A DNA stretch of 64,000 bases from a virus (taxonomy: Duplodnaviria; Caudoviricetes): positions 1 to 64,000 of IMG/VR virus record IMGVR_UViG_3300025936_000002, one strand, 5' to 3'. The notes beneath the pieces are model-generated. The model was not told the origin of the DNA, ran no database searches, and was given only the letters and a program-made list of their open reading frames with translations. Made by a program: the position numbers and the translations under genes. Below are positions 1 to 9,546 of the stretch, in pieces. Numbering within the stretch: the stretch's first letter is position 1; the number at the start of each line of letters is the position of its first letter.

Positions 1-1
1 A

Positions 2-187
2 GCCCGCAGGAAGGTACTTACAGACTGCCCCGCATGTAGCTCGCCACTGATTCGTCTGCCCGGGCGACGCATCAAAGGCGAACCGTTGGAGGCTCGTGGG
101 CGATGCAGTCGCTGCCCGTGGCGTGGCTCGATCGCGCCCCCCAAGGTTGAAGTGCGCCGTGGGCGCCCAAGGAAGGAAAGAAACTAG
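2..187 (+). CDS. 3' end of a zinc-finger-like protein (truncated by window edge)
   Basis: Frame 2 is open from the edge to TAG at 185-187. It contains CPAC...CSRC and overlaps the next GTG start (TAGTG). Confidence 0.5.
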   Translation, partial: ARRKVLTDCPACSSPLIRLPGRRIKGEPLEARGRCSRCPWRGSIAPPKVEVRRGRPRKERN

Positions 188-1089
188 TGCGTCAGATCAG
201 TTTGTACGAAGACGATGATCTCGATCGCCTGCCGATCGATACGTTTCTGATCTACGGAGACACCGGCACCGGCAAGACGACGTGTTCGGGCGGCTTCCCG
301 AGGCCGCTCGTGCTCGCCGACGAAACGGAGGGTGGCTGGAAATCGCTTCGTGGCCTCTCTGACGATCAGCTGTTCGAGCCCGAGGTCAACCCGATCGTCT
401 GGGGTATCAGCGAGATGAGCGACATGATCGCTGCGGTCAACCAAATCCGGCCGCTCGTGGCGTCTGGACGGGTCCTAACCGTCGTCGTGAGTAGTATAAC
501 GTTCTACGCGAATTCGTATCTGTCGCACGTAAATCGCATCAACCCCGGAATCGATACGAGGCAGCTCTACGGCAACCTTGCGACGCACCTCCGCGAGGTC
601 AGAACCCAGGTGCACAACCTCGGCGTCAACGTCGTCTGGGAGGCCCTCGCTGACCATCCCGAGTCCGGCGGCGAAGATCAACCAAGCCGCCCGGGGCGGC
701 CATCCATCCCCGGCAAGTCCGCGGATCAGTTCAGCGCTGGCGTAGGCTACCTGTTCCGCGCAGCCCTCGACGATACCAAGAAGGACGGCAAGATCGTTGA
801 TCGGACCTTGAAGCTCTACACGCAACCGATGGGGGGCTACTTATCGCGTTGTCGGATCGGCAAGGAACTCAAGCAACTGCCGAATCCGCTGCTCGGCGGT
901 TACAAGGGCTTTCTCGAGGCCCGCGGCTACGACGTCGCGCGGCTGCGCAAAGGGCTGCGCCCGATCGACAAGTCGATCTCTATCGCGCCAGCGGCGATGG
1001 CGCTACCTACCAAGCCTCCAATCATCTCCAAACCAAAGGCGGTTTCTCCGCCGGCGGCCATTACCAAACCAGCAACAGCAACCAAGTAG
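187..1089 (+). CDS. Sak4/AAA_24-like phage ATPase (recombination/annealing)
   Basis: Walker A IYGDTGTGKTT near the N-terminus, hydrophobic strand VVVSSIT, and position next to an SSB-like gene as in phage Sak4-SSB pairs. Confidence 0.78.
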   Translation: MRQISLYEDDDLDRLPIDTFLIYGDTGTGKTTCSGGFPRPLVLADETEGGWKSLRGLSDDQLFEPEVNPIVWGISEMSDMIAAVNQIRPLVASGRVLTVVVSSITFYANSYLSHVNRINPGIDTRQLYGNLATHLREVRTQVHNLGVNVVWEALADHPESGGEDQPSRPGRPSIPGKSADQFSAGVGYLFRAALDDTKKDGKIVDRTLKLYTQPMGGYLSRCRIGKELKQLPNPLLGGYKGFLEARGYDVARLRKGLRPIDKSISIAPAAMALPTKPPIISKPKAVSPPAAITKPATATK

Positions 1090-1113
1090 CATCTAGGAAG
1101 GCATCCAAAACAA

Positions 1114-1701
1114 ATGAGCAACGAGTATCAACCGTTCGAAGTAGACCTCAACCTCGAGCAGGTCGAGACCTGGGACGGCCAACAGCGGCCCCTCCTTCCC
1201 GTCGATGCGGGCTACCATTTCAAGGTAGTCGGCGTCGACAACGACGGGAAGCAGATCACGATCCAGTCGGAGGTGATCGAGGGCGGTGCGGGCGAGACGG
1301 ATAGCCAAGTCGGCTCGTACTGCTGGAACAACTACAACATCCAGCACAAGGTGGGCCTGAAGCGCCTCAAGTGCTTCATGGTCGCGATCGGCGCCAGCCT
1401 CGGCAAGTTCAACTCCGACGAGGTAATGGGTCAGGCGTACTACGCCGACATCGTGCACAACCAAGGCAAGGCCCAGGTCGATCCGACCACCGGACAGACC
1501 ATGGAGCCGCGGATGTTCGCCAACGTCATCAACGAGCGCGGTGGTCTCGGGGATGAAGGCGGCACCACGGAGCCCGAGAAGCCGCCCATCACGCGCTCGG
1601 CCGCGCCCGCTACTCCGGCGGCTACCACGGCGCCAGCGGGCAACGGGAACGCCACGGCGAACAGCGGCAACAAGCGGCAGGGTGGGGCTCGTCGAGCCTA
1701 G
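1114..1701 (+). CDS. Probable ssDNA-binding protein (DUF669-like)
   Basis: Follows the Sak4-like gene. Beta-rich core (GYHFKVVGV...FANVI) with a low-complexity P/A/T tail and strong GC3 codon bias. Confidence 0.6.
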   Translation: MSNEYQPFEVDLNLEQVETWDGQQRPLLPVDAGYHFKVVGVDNDGKQITIQSEVIEGGAGETDSQVGSYCWNNYNIQHKVGLKRLKCFMVAIGASLGKFNSDEVMGQAYYADIVHNQGKAQVDPTTGQTMEPRMFANVINERGGLGDEGGTTEPEKPPITRSAAPATPAATTAPAGNGNATANSGNKRQGGARRA

Positions 1702-1812
1702 GTGGTTTGACCCTCGAACCAACGAGCTACTGTTCGTCGGCTCGGAGATCATCGATCACCTACGCGGTTAGGATCTGCCAGGAGGCTTCGCACGAAAAAT
1801 TGTTGATGAACG

Positions 1813-2355
1813 ATGGAGGCTCGGCGTAAAGCTGTGATCCACCGTTTTTGGGCCGAGAGGCTCAGCCAGGGGGCTGGCATCATGTTTGATGACGAAGCAG
1901 AAGTTATCTGCAGAGACGAACTCTGCAGATTGGAGCACGTGCACCCGCCGCACCTTTTCGGCGTTGGATCGACCGAGACGATCGGTCCTCGACGAGGACG
2001 GCCGGCGAAGCCATGGTGGCTCAAGCGCGATCCGACGGCCTACCAGCGGCCAGATCCGCGGGGGCTCACCGAGTGCATCCGGGCGTTGTTCAATCGCACC
2101 GAGCGGCCGATGGCGTTCAACGCGGTCCTGAACCACGTCCGCAACGACTATGGCAAAGTCTCATCTCGAACCGTCCACCGTCACCTGGAAGATCTGATTG
2201 AGGACGGATGGTTGGTGGCGATGGATCTCAACCTCACCTACTTGACGTATTTGCGTGCTGCGTCGTCTTGGGTTGTCGATCCAATCGCGATCCGCGACTA
2301 CATGATCGACAACTATGGCACTCGGCGCGACCAACGCGCCTTGGTGGAGGTCTAG
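1813..2355 (+). CDS. Hypothetical protein with C-terminal winged-helix-like segment
   Basis: 180-aa ORF. VSSRTVHRHLEDLIEDGWL resembles an HTH recognition helix plus wing. Confidence 0.5.
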   Translation: MEARRKAVIHRFWAERLSQGAGIMFDDEAEVICRDELCRLEHVHPPHLFGVGSTETIGPRRGRPAKPWWLKRDPTAYQRPDPRGLTECIRALFNRTERPMAFNAVLNHVRNDYGKVSSRTVHRHLEDLIEDGWLVAMDLNLTYLTYLRAASSWVVDPIAIRDYMIDNYGTRRDQRALVEV

Positions 2356-2643
2356 ATGTTATCTTCATGGCAAATGCTGCGGCGCTACGGGGTACGTCGT
2401 TGGTTAGGCGAGTATTGGCCTGATACGTTGCTTGTGGCGATCGTAGCTGCAGTGGTAGCTGGTCTAGTAGCATATGCAATAATAGATCATACAGATCGTG
2501 AGGAATGCACCTCGTCGGGTGGCCACGTCGAAGAATACAACCGCCGAACGATTATGGTTACCCAATCATGCGGTAGCGGTTGCTTCATTACGGTCCCGAT
2601 CGAAATCAGCGCTTGGCGCTGCATTTACGCGGAGAAGCCGTGA
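2356..2643 (+). CDS. Small membrane protein with Cys-containing ectodomain
   Basis: One hydrophobic helix (LLVAIVAAVVAGLVAYAII) followed by four Cys; abuts both neighbours. Confidence 0.5.
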   Translation: MLSSWQMLRRYGVRRWLGEYWPDTLLVAIVAAVVAGLVAYAIIDHTDREECTSSGGHVEEYNRRTIMVTQSCGSGCFITVPIEISAWRCIYAEKP

Positions 2644-3119
2644 TGCCTCTCGACCTCGACAAGCTCGAAGTCATCGCGCGTGCGGCCACGCCCGGCAAGC
2701 GCGAATGGATCGACCATTACGGCTCGGTGAAGCTCGACATCGTCAACGGCGACCACATCCTGATGGCCGAGCCGTGCGGCGATATGAATTCGAGCGTGAT
2801 CGTCGCCGACGCCGACGCCGCGCTCATCGCCGCGTGCGACCGCGAGACGGTGCTCGAGTTGATCGCAGCGGCTCGGGCCGCGCCGCAGTGGCGCACGAAT
2901 ACGCCGCCGCGCGGCGTGCGCTGTCTCGTGACAGCCCCGCACCCGAAACACGACGGAGCGTTGCGTGTGTTCGTGGCAACGCTCTCGCCCGACTACGACG
3001 GCCACTGCTGGTTCGGCGATGGAGTGCGGATCCATGGCGTCATCGCCTGGATGCCAGCACCGGAACCGGCGGTGAGGCCAGAAGAGTTTCTCGGCGAGAA
3101 GGAGCGAGTAGATGAATAA
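2643..3119 (+). CDS. Ead/Ea22-like protein with DUF551-like C-terminus
   Basis: LDKLEVIARAATPG...DAALIAA and IAWMPAPEP motifs. ATG at 2643 overlaps the upstream stop. Confidence 0.55.
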   Translation: MPLDLDKLEVIARAATPGKREWIDHYGSVKLDIVNGDHILMAEPCGDMNSSVIVADADAALIAACDRETVLELIAAARAAPQWRTNTPPRGVRCLVTAPHPKHDGALRVFVATLSPDYDGHCWFGDGVRIHGVIAWMPAPEPAVRPEEFLGEKERVDE

Positions 3120-3372
3120 ATGGTTGATGAGGAATGTCGGCTTGACTCTTAAACAAGCCGTGCCGTGGGCGATTACCTACATATCGTTGTTGTCGTTAAC
3201 GACGTTGGTAGTTGCTGATCTAACAGGCCTTAGATGGGCAATCGCCATCGTCTGGGGAGGGGCAACAGCTATCGTTGTGGGCCTCGCTATGTGGGTATGG
3301 ATCGATGATAGACGTCTCCATCGCAAATGGCGTCGTGATATAGAGAACAGCGAGACCAGGCCCAAGCGCTAG
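3112..3372 (+). CDS. Two-TM membrane protein
   Basis: Two hydrophobic helices and a basic tail; ATGA-type overlap with the upstream gene. Confidence 0.5.
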   Translation: MNKWLMRNVGLTLKQAVPWAITYISLLSLTTLVVADLTGLRWAIAIVWGGATAIVVGLAMWVWIDDRRLHRKWRRDIENSETRPKR

Positions 3373-3373
3373 G

Positions 3374-4021
3374 ATGAAAATGCGACTTCGAGCGCTAGAT
3401 CTGTTTTGTGGCGCAGGGGGCATTAGCGTTGGACTGTTTCGCGCTGGATTTGACGTTGTTGGGATAGACATAGAGCCGCAGCCAAACTATCCGTTCAAGT
3501 TTATCCAAGCTGATGCGTTCAAATGTTACCTTACGGGCTATGACCTAATTTCTGCCTCTCCGCCCTGTCAAGGCAGAACAGCCTATAAACGTCGTCCCAA
3601 TCACGTTCGATCAGTAGATACCGACGGATCTATAGTACGCGTTCGCGAGCGGTTGATGGTGTCGAATACCCCATACATCATCGAAAACGTCGTGGGCGCT
3701 CCGTTGATTTCACCGATCAAGCTCTGCGGCTCGATGTTCGATGAGACAACAAATATTAGACGTCACCGCATTTTTGAGTGCTCATTTCCAGTAGTTCAAC
3801 CTAGCTGTCGACACGAGCTACAACTAGGCTCGTTTCCACAGGCTACTAATAGGAAAAATCGACGTAGAACTGTCGAGGTTGGCGTTTGGCGCATACCACT
3901 TAAGATACAGCAAGAGGCGATGGGGATTGATTGGATGTCGTTGGCCGAATTGAGTCAAGCGATTCCTCCAATCTACGCTGAGTATTTGGGTAAGGCCGCT
4001 CGTGAATCGTTTAGACGATGA
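3374..4021 (+). CDS. DNA cytosine-C5 methyltransferase (short phage type)
   Basis: Motif I LDLFCGAGG, motif IV SPPCQ, motif VI IENV. Confidence 0.85.
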   Translation: MKMRLRALDLFCGAGGISVGLFRAGFDVVGIDIEPQPNYPFKFIQADAFKCYLTGYDLISASPPCQGRTAYKRRPNHVRSVDTDGSIVRVRERLMVSNTPYIIENVVGAPLISPIKLCGSMFDETTNIRRHRIFECSFPVVQPSCRHELQLGSFPQATNRKNRRRTVEVGVWRIPLKIQQEAMGIDWMSLAELSQAIPPIYAEYLGKAARESFRR

Positions 4022-4140
4022 GCTGATGCGTTTTTAGCCGCTCGTCCCAACTGAGGAGAGCGATGGCGTATGGAGGACGGCTCGACCAGCTCGAGCCGCG
4101 CTCCATGCGGCACAGAGCCGCAATAGAGGAGGGTATGGAT

Positions 4141-4374
4141 ATGAAGACGATATTGTTGACCGTACTGGTAGTGATTTCAGGGTGCGTCGATATGGACGCT
4201 GACGTCGAGCCGTCGCCGGCCGATGTGGTCCAGCCTACTTTTGGACTGGATCCCGACCTGAGAAACGAGTGTACGATAGAGGCAGAATACAGTGTCTGCT
4301 GTATATACGCCAACGGCTGTCAGTTTTGCACTTGGTGCTTCCCCGACCAGTGTTTCATCACCGGATCTTGCTAG
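4141..4374 (+). CDS. Cys-rich lipoprotein
   Basis: MKTILLTVLVVISG|C lipobox-type signal, acidic linker and a C-terminal cluster of 8 Cys. Confidence 0.6.
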   Translation: MKTILLTVLVVISGCVDMDADVEPSPADVVQPTFGLDPDLRNECTIEAEYSVCCIYANGCQFCTWCFPDQCFITGSC

Positions 4375-4415
4375 GGGTGTCCTGGTCTGCCGATCACGCT
4401 AGTCTATCTAGGACG

Positions 4416-7400
4416 ATGAGCGAGCATTCGTACCTGCCGCTCCTACGTGGCACCGATGAAGGTGCAGACTGCGCCAATTGCCCGTTTAGCAAGAATGGAC
4501 TACCTAACAATCCGGTCTATGGCGAGGGCCCCGAGAATCCGAAGTGGATTATCATCGGCGAGGGCCCCGGGCACAACGAGGTCCGCCATCAGCGGCCGAT
4601 GGTTGGAGCCACCGGAGACGTCGTTAATAAGATCTTGGCCAAGATCGGCCTGCGGCGCTCGTTCAACGAGCCATCCCAGGATGTTTGGGTGGGTAATAGC
4701 ACGCTGTGCATCCCACCGATGGGGGCGAATGAACAGGAGCGTGATCGGGCTGCAGCGGCTTGCAGCCATAGGCTGAAGCTAGAACTCGCCCAGTTTCCCA
4801 ATAAACCAATCTTGACCTTGGGGGCCGTTGCGGCGAGAGCCGTGATCCCCAAGGCGACGCTTGATGCGATCGATCCGCCGGATACGCCCAAGTCGATTCG
4901 CAAGGCGCAGAAACTGCGCCAGCAACCGACGCTGAAGCTCGAAGCAGCTAGACGCAAGGCCATCGACAAGCTAGCTGAGAAGCGCTTGGCGCGGTCTCTC
5001 AAAGCCTTCCGCACGAGGCTCATCAAGGAGGCTAAAGCCAAATACCGTCGTATCCCCGACGATCATTTCCTGGACGTCGAGGTATTGAAGGTCCAGGCGC
5101 AACTGGAAGTCAAAGCTCGCGCAGAGGCTGTCAAGGAATACGACGTCAAGGCGCAAGAGCGCGAGCTACGCAAGCTGGCAAAGGCAAGCCAGCCCAAGAA
5201 GCCGAAGAAGCCCAAGAAAATAAAGATCACGGACATCTGCGGATCGCTGTTTGATGTCGACGTCGACGGTACTGGGATTAGACCGGTCATCCCCGCGATT
5301 CATCCTGCCGCGCTCCTCCGCGGCGGCGGGGCTTCGATCGCGGGCAGCCATACGCCGGATATGGCCTTCGTCAACTTGGTCTACGACGCGGGCAAGGTCC
5401 ACGCGCTCGCCCGGGGCGTCGATATCCGCCTCAAGCTAAACGTCGAATACGAACTATTCGATCAGGATCGCGCCGCCGAGCTGTTTTTGGGGATATGGCG
5501 CGCAGCCCTCGACGAGGGCGCGTGCTCCTTGGACCTCGAGACCTACATTGACGACGTCGATCGGCACTCTGCCCTGATGTCATACGTCGCCAAGATCCGC
5601 GTGATCGGGCTTGCGACCAAAGATCTCACGGTATCGCTGGCGTGGGATCTATTGCCGGATTGGACGATGCCGCTCCTGCAGCTGCTCTTGGTACTAACCA
5701 GGGTTGGCTATCACAATGCGCTCTACGATCGGACGGTCCTCCAAAATCAGTTCTACGGCTTCGAGCTGAGTAGTGACTTTGACTGCACGCTGTTGGCTCA
5801 TCATGCGGCGTTTCCTGGGAACTCGCATCGATTGCAGGCTGTCACGTCGCAATTCTTCGGCGTAGCACCATGGAAAGCTGAGTTTCGCAATGCAGGCGAC
5901 GACTCCTCCTTGGAGGGCTTGGCAATCTACAACGCCAAGGATACCGGTGGCACCCACGCGTTGCGTGGTCCGCTACTATTACACGTCAAGAAAACCAAGA
6001 CAGATCGAGTCTACGACGTCGATAAGAAGATGTCGATCATGGCGAGTCGAATGCACCTCGCCGGGATGCCCGTCGATCGCGAGATCAACGCCGAGCTTGT
6101 TAAGACCTTCGGCAAGGCCGTGCGCGAGGCTCGAGACGCCGTCGAGAGTGTGGCCCGCGATCCGGAAAACCGCGAGCAGATCTGGCACTACTTGGCGATC
6201 GGCCAGGCCGAGAAGCGCCGCAAGCTAGATCCGAAAGAATTCGAGGAGCGTTATCAAATACGCCTGTCGACCCTGAAGCTAGATCCAGATTGGAAATGGA
6301 AGATCGGGTCAGGTAAGCACATCGCGGCTTTGCTGCAGACGATGGGCATCGCGTTGCATCAGCGAACCCAAGATGGTCGGGGGGCGCTCTCGACGAAGAA
6401 AGACATCTTGGAAGGCCTCACAGATTATCCGATCGTCAGTGAGATCCTGAACTATCGCGAGGCCGAGAAGCTACTATCTACTTTCGTACTGCCGATCTTC
6501 GATCGTCGAGATCAAGCTGGGAATGTTGTTCAGTACGGCTACGCCGACGACAACAGCCGCATTCATCCGATCTGGAAGGTCCATTTGATCTCCGGTCGAT
6601 GGGCTTCGACGTGGCCGGTTGTGTCAAACGTTCCCAAAGATAAGTGGAAAAAACTGCTGGGCGATGCCCTGATGGTGCTGTTAGGGGTCAAGGTGCCGAC
6701 GGAGCCCCGCGCGACGTTCAAGCTCGGCGATGGCACCTGGTGCCGCGTCAACAAAGACAAATCGATCAGCAAGTTGGTTCGGCCCAATCTGCGACGGCAG
6801 GTGCAGTGTCGCCCCGGTCGTGTCATCGTCGGATTCGACTACGAACAGATCGAAGCACGGGTGATCGCCTTGATCTCAGGTGACCCGTTTTTGTGCGCAG
6901 TGTTTGCTGATCCAAGCCGCGACATCCATACCGAGGTCGCGGCAATCATCTTCGATGCGTTCGCTAAACTGGACGCCGATAGCCAGGCGCAGATCCGCGA
7001 GCAGACCAAGCCGATCGAATACGGCTGGATGTACTTGGCGCGGGCCGAGACGTTGCATAAACAGCTCCTCAAGGAGGGCTTCCACATTAAATTCGTCGAC
7101 CTCCTCAAAGCCTACAAGCGGCTCGAGGAGCTCATGCCGGGCGTTCGGCGCTGGCAGAAGCTCTCCGAGGCACGAGCTTCGCAGCCGCCCTACGAGATCC
7201 GCGAGCCGATTTTGAATCGCCGTAGGGTTTGGCCGTTGGGTCAAGCCGAGCCAAGTGAAGCCTGCAACGCCGGCGTTCAACCTACCGCCGCCGGGATCAT
7301 GAACATGCACATGGCCCTCTTCATGGAGCACTCCATGGATAGCTATAAGGGGTTGATGCCCCTAGCCCAAGTCCACGATGCGGCCTACTTCGAGGTCTGG

Positions 7401-7526
7401 GAGGACGATGTATCGAGGTTGGAAGCTGACATCGAGCGCGATTTCACGCATGAGGAGACGATCGATGGGCGTACATTACGCTTCCCGGTCAAGGTCAAGC
7501 ATGCCACCTCGTGGGATCGTGTTTGA
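4416..7526 (+). CDS. Family A DNA polymerase with N-terminal UDG-like (SPO1-type) domain and 3'-5' exonuclease
   Basis: CANCPF and GEGPG (UDG family 4-like), IHPAALLR, ExoI SLDLET, motif A DYEQIEARV, motif B REQTKPIEYG, motif C QVHDA. Start placed at ATG 4416 rather than 4269. Confidence 0.92.
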   Translation: MSEHSYLPLLRGTDEGADCANCPFSKNGLPNNPVYGEGPENPKWIIIGEGPGHNEVRHQRPMVGATGDVVNKILAKIGLRRSFNEPSQDVWVGNSTLCIPPMGANEQERDRAAAACSHRLKLELAQFPNKPILTLGAVAARAVIPKATLDAIDPPDTPKSIRKAQKLRQQPTLKLEAARRKAIDKLAEKRLARSLKAFRTRLIKEAKAKYRRIPDDHFLDVEVLKVQAQLEVKARAEAVKEYDVKAQERELRKLAKASQPKKPKKPKKIKITDICGSLFDVDVDGTGIRPVIPAIHPAALLRGGGASIAGSHTPDMAFVNLVYDAGKVHALARGVDIRLKLNVEYELFDQDRAAELFLGIWRAALDEGACSLDLETYIDDVDRHSALMSYVAKIRVIGLATKDLTVSLAWDLLPDWTMPLLQLLLVLTRVGYHNALYDRTVLQNQFYGFELSSDFDCTLLAHHAAFPGNSHRLQAVTSQFFGVAPWKAEFRNAGDDSSLEGLAIYNAKDTGGTHALRGPLLLHVKKTKTDRVYDVDKKMSIMASRMHLAGMPVDREINAELVKTFGKAVREARDAVESVARDPENREQIWHYLAIGQAEKRRKLDPKEFEERYQIRLSTLKLDPDWKWKIGSGKHIAALLQTMGIALHQRTQDGRGALSTKKDILEGLTDYPIVSEILNYREAEKLLSTFVLPIFDRRDQAGNVVQYGYADDNSRIHPIWKVHLISGRWASTWPVVSNVPKDKWKKLLGDALMVLLGVKVPTEPRATFKLGDGTWCRVNKDKSISKLVRPNLRRQVQCRPGRVIVGFDYEQIEARVIALISGDPFLCAVFADPSRDIHTEVAAIIFDAFAKLDADSQAQIREQTKPIEYGWMYLARAETLHKQLLKEGFHIKFVDLLKAYKRLEELMPGVRRWQKLSEARASQPPYEIREPILNRRRVWPLGQAEPSEACNAGVQPTAAGIMNMHMALFMEHSMDSYKGLMPLAQVHDAAYFEVWEDDVSRLEADIERDFTHEETIDGRTLRFPVKVKHATSWDRV

Positions 7527-7978
7527 ACAGGTTTGACAGCGCGGTCGGCTAGGATCGCTGGATGGCAGCAAAGAGCGAACGTCCTCGTAATCGTCGGATC
7601 CGTCTCGTTGGGGGCGGGTTTCGTTGGACCCGTGAGGTCAACGCCAAAAGCTCTGGCGGCTCCATGAAGGCCCAACGCCGACGGATCCGGAAGGCTGAGA
7701 AAGCCAAGAAGGGCCACCGTCGATCGGCTAGAGGATGACAGATCGGCTTGGTAGGCTTGGATCGATGCAAGAAAGCACGATCTATGTCGATGCCGAGCCT
7801 CTAGCTCGTGAAGGTGAATGGGCCGTATGGCGCGCGTTAGATATTCCAAGTGGAGTTGCCAGGGGCTTTTGTTATAGCATTCTTGGCTGTAGCCAAGACG
7901 AACTCGATGCGCTTATCGTCGATATACTAAAAGTTGAATGTTGTAATACTCGATACCTCCGTATTCACACTTTAATCG

Positions 7979-8317
7979 GTGTTTAAACCACATTATGTCG
8001 CAGTCGTACATCGAGCCAACTTGGAATCAAGATCGGCGGCCTACAAACTGCCGCCGCTGATCAACGCGGAGCCGTTGTATCGTGATGGCGACGAATTAGA
8101 ATCGGTTAATCCACTGATCTATGATCGAGAGATGGATGCGATGTATGCGCATATCATGTCGGCCGCATTCGAGGAGCGTACAGCGTGGGGCGATAATGGC
8201 CCTGCAGAATATATGCAGGCGGCATGGAGCCGCGAGCTTCGTCGGCGTGTCGAGGAGAGCAACGAGCGCGAACGGAATCGCGTCTTGGTCGATCGCGAGT
8301 ACGAGGACTGGGAGTAA
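7979..8317 (+). CDS. Hypothetical protein
   Basis: 112-aa ORF co-oriented with the replication block; protein-like composition. Confidence 0.45.
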   Translation: MFKPHYVAVVHRANLESRSAAYKLPPLINAEPLYRDGDELESVNPLIYDREMDAMYAHIMSAAFEERTAWGDNGPAEYMQAAWSRELRRRVEESNERERNRVLVDREYEDWE

Positions 8318-8549
8318 AATCAACTCTGACAGCCTGGCTTGCTAAGCTCGATCTTGATGATGACCAAGGCTCAACGGAATCCCGGTGGTAGCAGTAGGAT
8401 GGGCAAACAGCGGCAGTGGTTCCTCGATGCAACCATGTTCGTGGACGTCCAGCGCAAGATCGAGGCGTTGCGGATTCAACGTATACACGCGGAGGCTGAG
8501 CGCATCATACGCGCGGAGGCTGAGCGTAGGAAGACCAAAGGAAAGTAGT

Positions 8550-8801
8550 ATGCCAATGGTACGGACGCAGATCATCGTGACCAAATGCAGGGAATGCCCG
8601 TTCTATGAACGAGGTGCTGCGAGCATGGTCGCCGATTTCTTCTTGAAGCGCACGACAGCGAGTGGCACCTGTAAATACGGCGTTCATGACCAGCCGTTCC
8701 CGATGGGGCGTCGGCAGATCTTGGATGAGCAAAGCGTTCCGTCGACGTGTCCGCTCAACAACGGCGATTGCTCGATTCAGCTAGCGCGAGATCTGCCGTG
8801 A
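8550..8801 (+). CDS. Small Cys-rich protein (CxxCP...C...CPL)
   Basis: ATG at 8550 after a GGAAAG/AAGGA-like RBS. Same Cys spacing as 36590-36850. Confidence 0.5.
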   Translation: MPMVRTQIIVTKCRECPFYERGAASMVADFFLKRTTASGTCKYGVHDQPFPMGRRQILDEQSVPSTCPLNNGDCSIQLARDLP

Positions 8802-9319
8802 TCGATCATGGGCTCTGCACTCCGCCCCGTGGGGTGGCTATTTGCAAAACACTTAACCGATTTGGCCGTTGGCAGCTGGACGACAATGATCGTAAGCCTG
8901 CCTTGGCTTTCCTTAGCGAGGATCCCGAGGACGACACCGCTGCGATCATCTGGATCGTCGACTGCAAGTGCGTCGGTCCAGGCGGTAACTGCCCACGAGC
9001 TAGGATGTTCCGTGCTGCAGGCGCCAAGTACGACAGCGCTAGCGTCAAGCTGCGTCCAGCAGTAGCCGCGGCTAGTAGCTCGAAACCAGCCAAGTCGCAT
9101 TCTGGTGGAGCTTGGACCAAAGGGCAGTCAGTCGAAGTGCAGCCCGAAGCCAAGGCTCCATGGGAGCCGGCCATCTACGTTGGCAAGGCCAGCATTCGTG
9201 GTTGGCATACCGTGAAGCTACGTGGTTTGGATGTTCAGGAGGACACCTGTGAGATCACCCTGGCCATGCGGCCAGACACCTTCGTAACCATCCCAGCGCG
9301 CCGTATTCGCCAAAGGTAG
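8798..9319 (+). CDS. Hypothetical protein
   Basis: GTG start overlapping the upstream stop (GTGA); coupled to the next ORF. Confidence 0.45.
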   Translation: MIDHGLCTPPRGVAICKTLNRFGRWQLDDNDRKPALAFLSEDPEDDTAAIIWIVDCKCVGPGGNCPRARMFRAAGAKYDSASVKLRPAVAAASSSKPAKSHSGGAWTKGQSVEVQPEAKAPWEPAIYVGKASIRGWHTVKLRGLDVQEDTCEITLAMRPDTFVTIPARRIRQR

Positions 9320-9321
9320 AT

Positions 9322-9546
9322 ATGCCTACTGCAGAGTACACTAAGGGTCAAGTAATCAGGATCAAGGCAAAGGCAGATACTCCGTGGATATTTGCTTTGT
9401 ACGAGACCCCAGTTGGGAATCAACACAAGGTCAGAGTGCCGCTCAAAGCAGCAATGTATCTGGGTTACGATCCGATCGTCCCAGCCGACGACGATCTATT
9501 TTTAACGCTGCCTGCGAGGCAAGTCAAACCGAACGGTGTTAAGTAA
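9322..9546 (+). CDS. Hypothetical small beta protein
   Basis: 74-aa ORF whose stop overlaps the MTase start (TAATG). Confidence 0.5.
   Translation: MPTAEYTKGQVIRIKAKADTPWIFALYETPVGNQHKVRVPLKAAMYLGYDPIVPADDDLFLTLPARQVKPNGVK

Noticed and set aside
187-1089. Genome-packaging ATPase
   Set aside because: Motif layout and the SSB-like neighbour fit Sak4/AAA_24. No FtsK/HerA/A32 or terminase gene is recognisable in the window, so packaging mode is unresolved.
4269-4415. Longer N-terminus of the polymerase
   Set aside because: It overlaps the lipoprotein gene in another frame; homology-like sequence starts after ATG 4416.
4851-5225. Intein in the polymerase
   Set aside because: No Cys/Ser N-terminal block, no His-Asn C-terminal junction and no LAGLIDADG motif.
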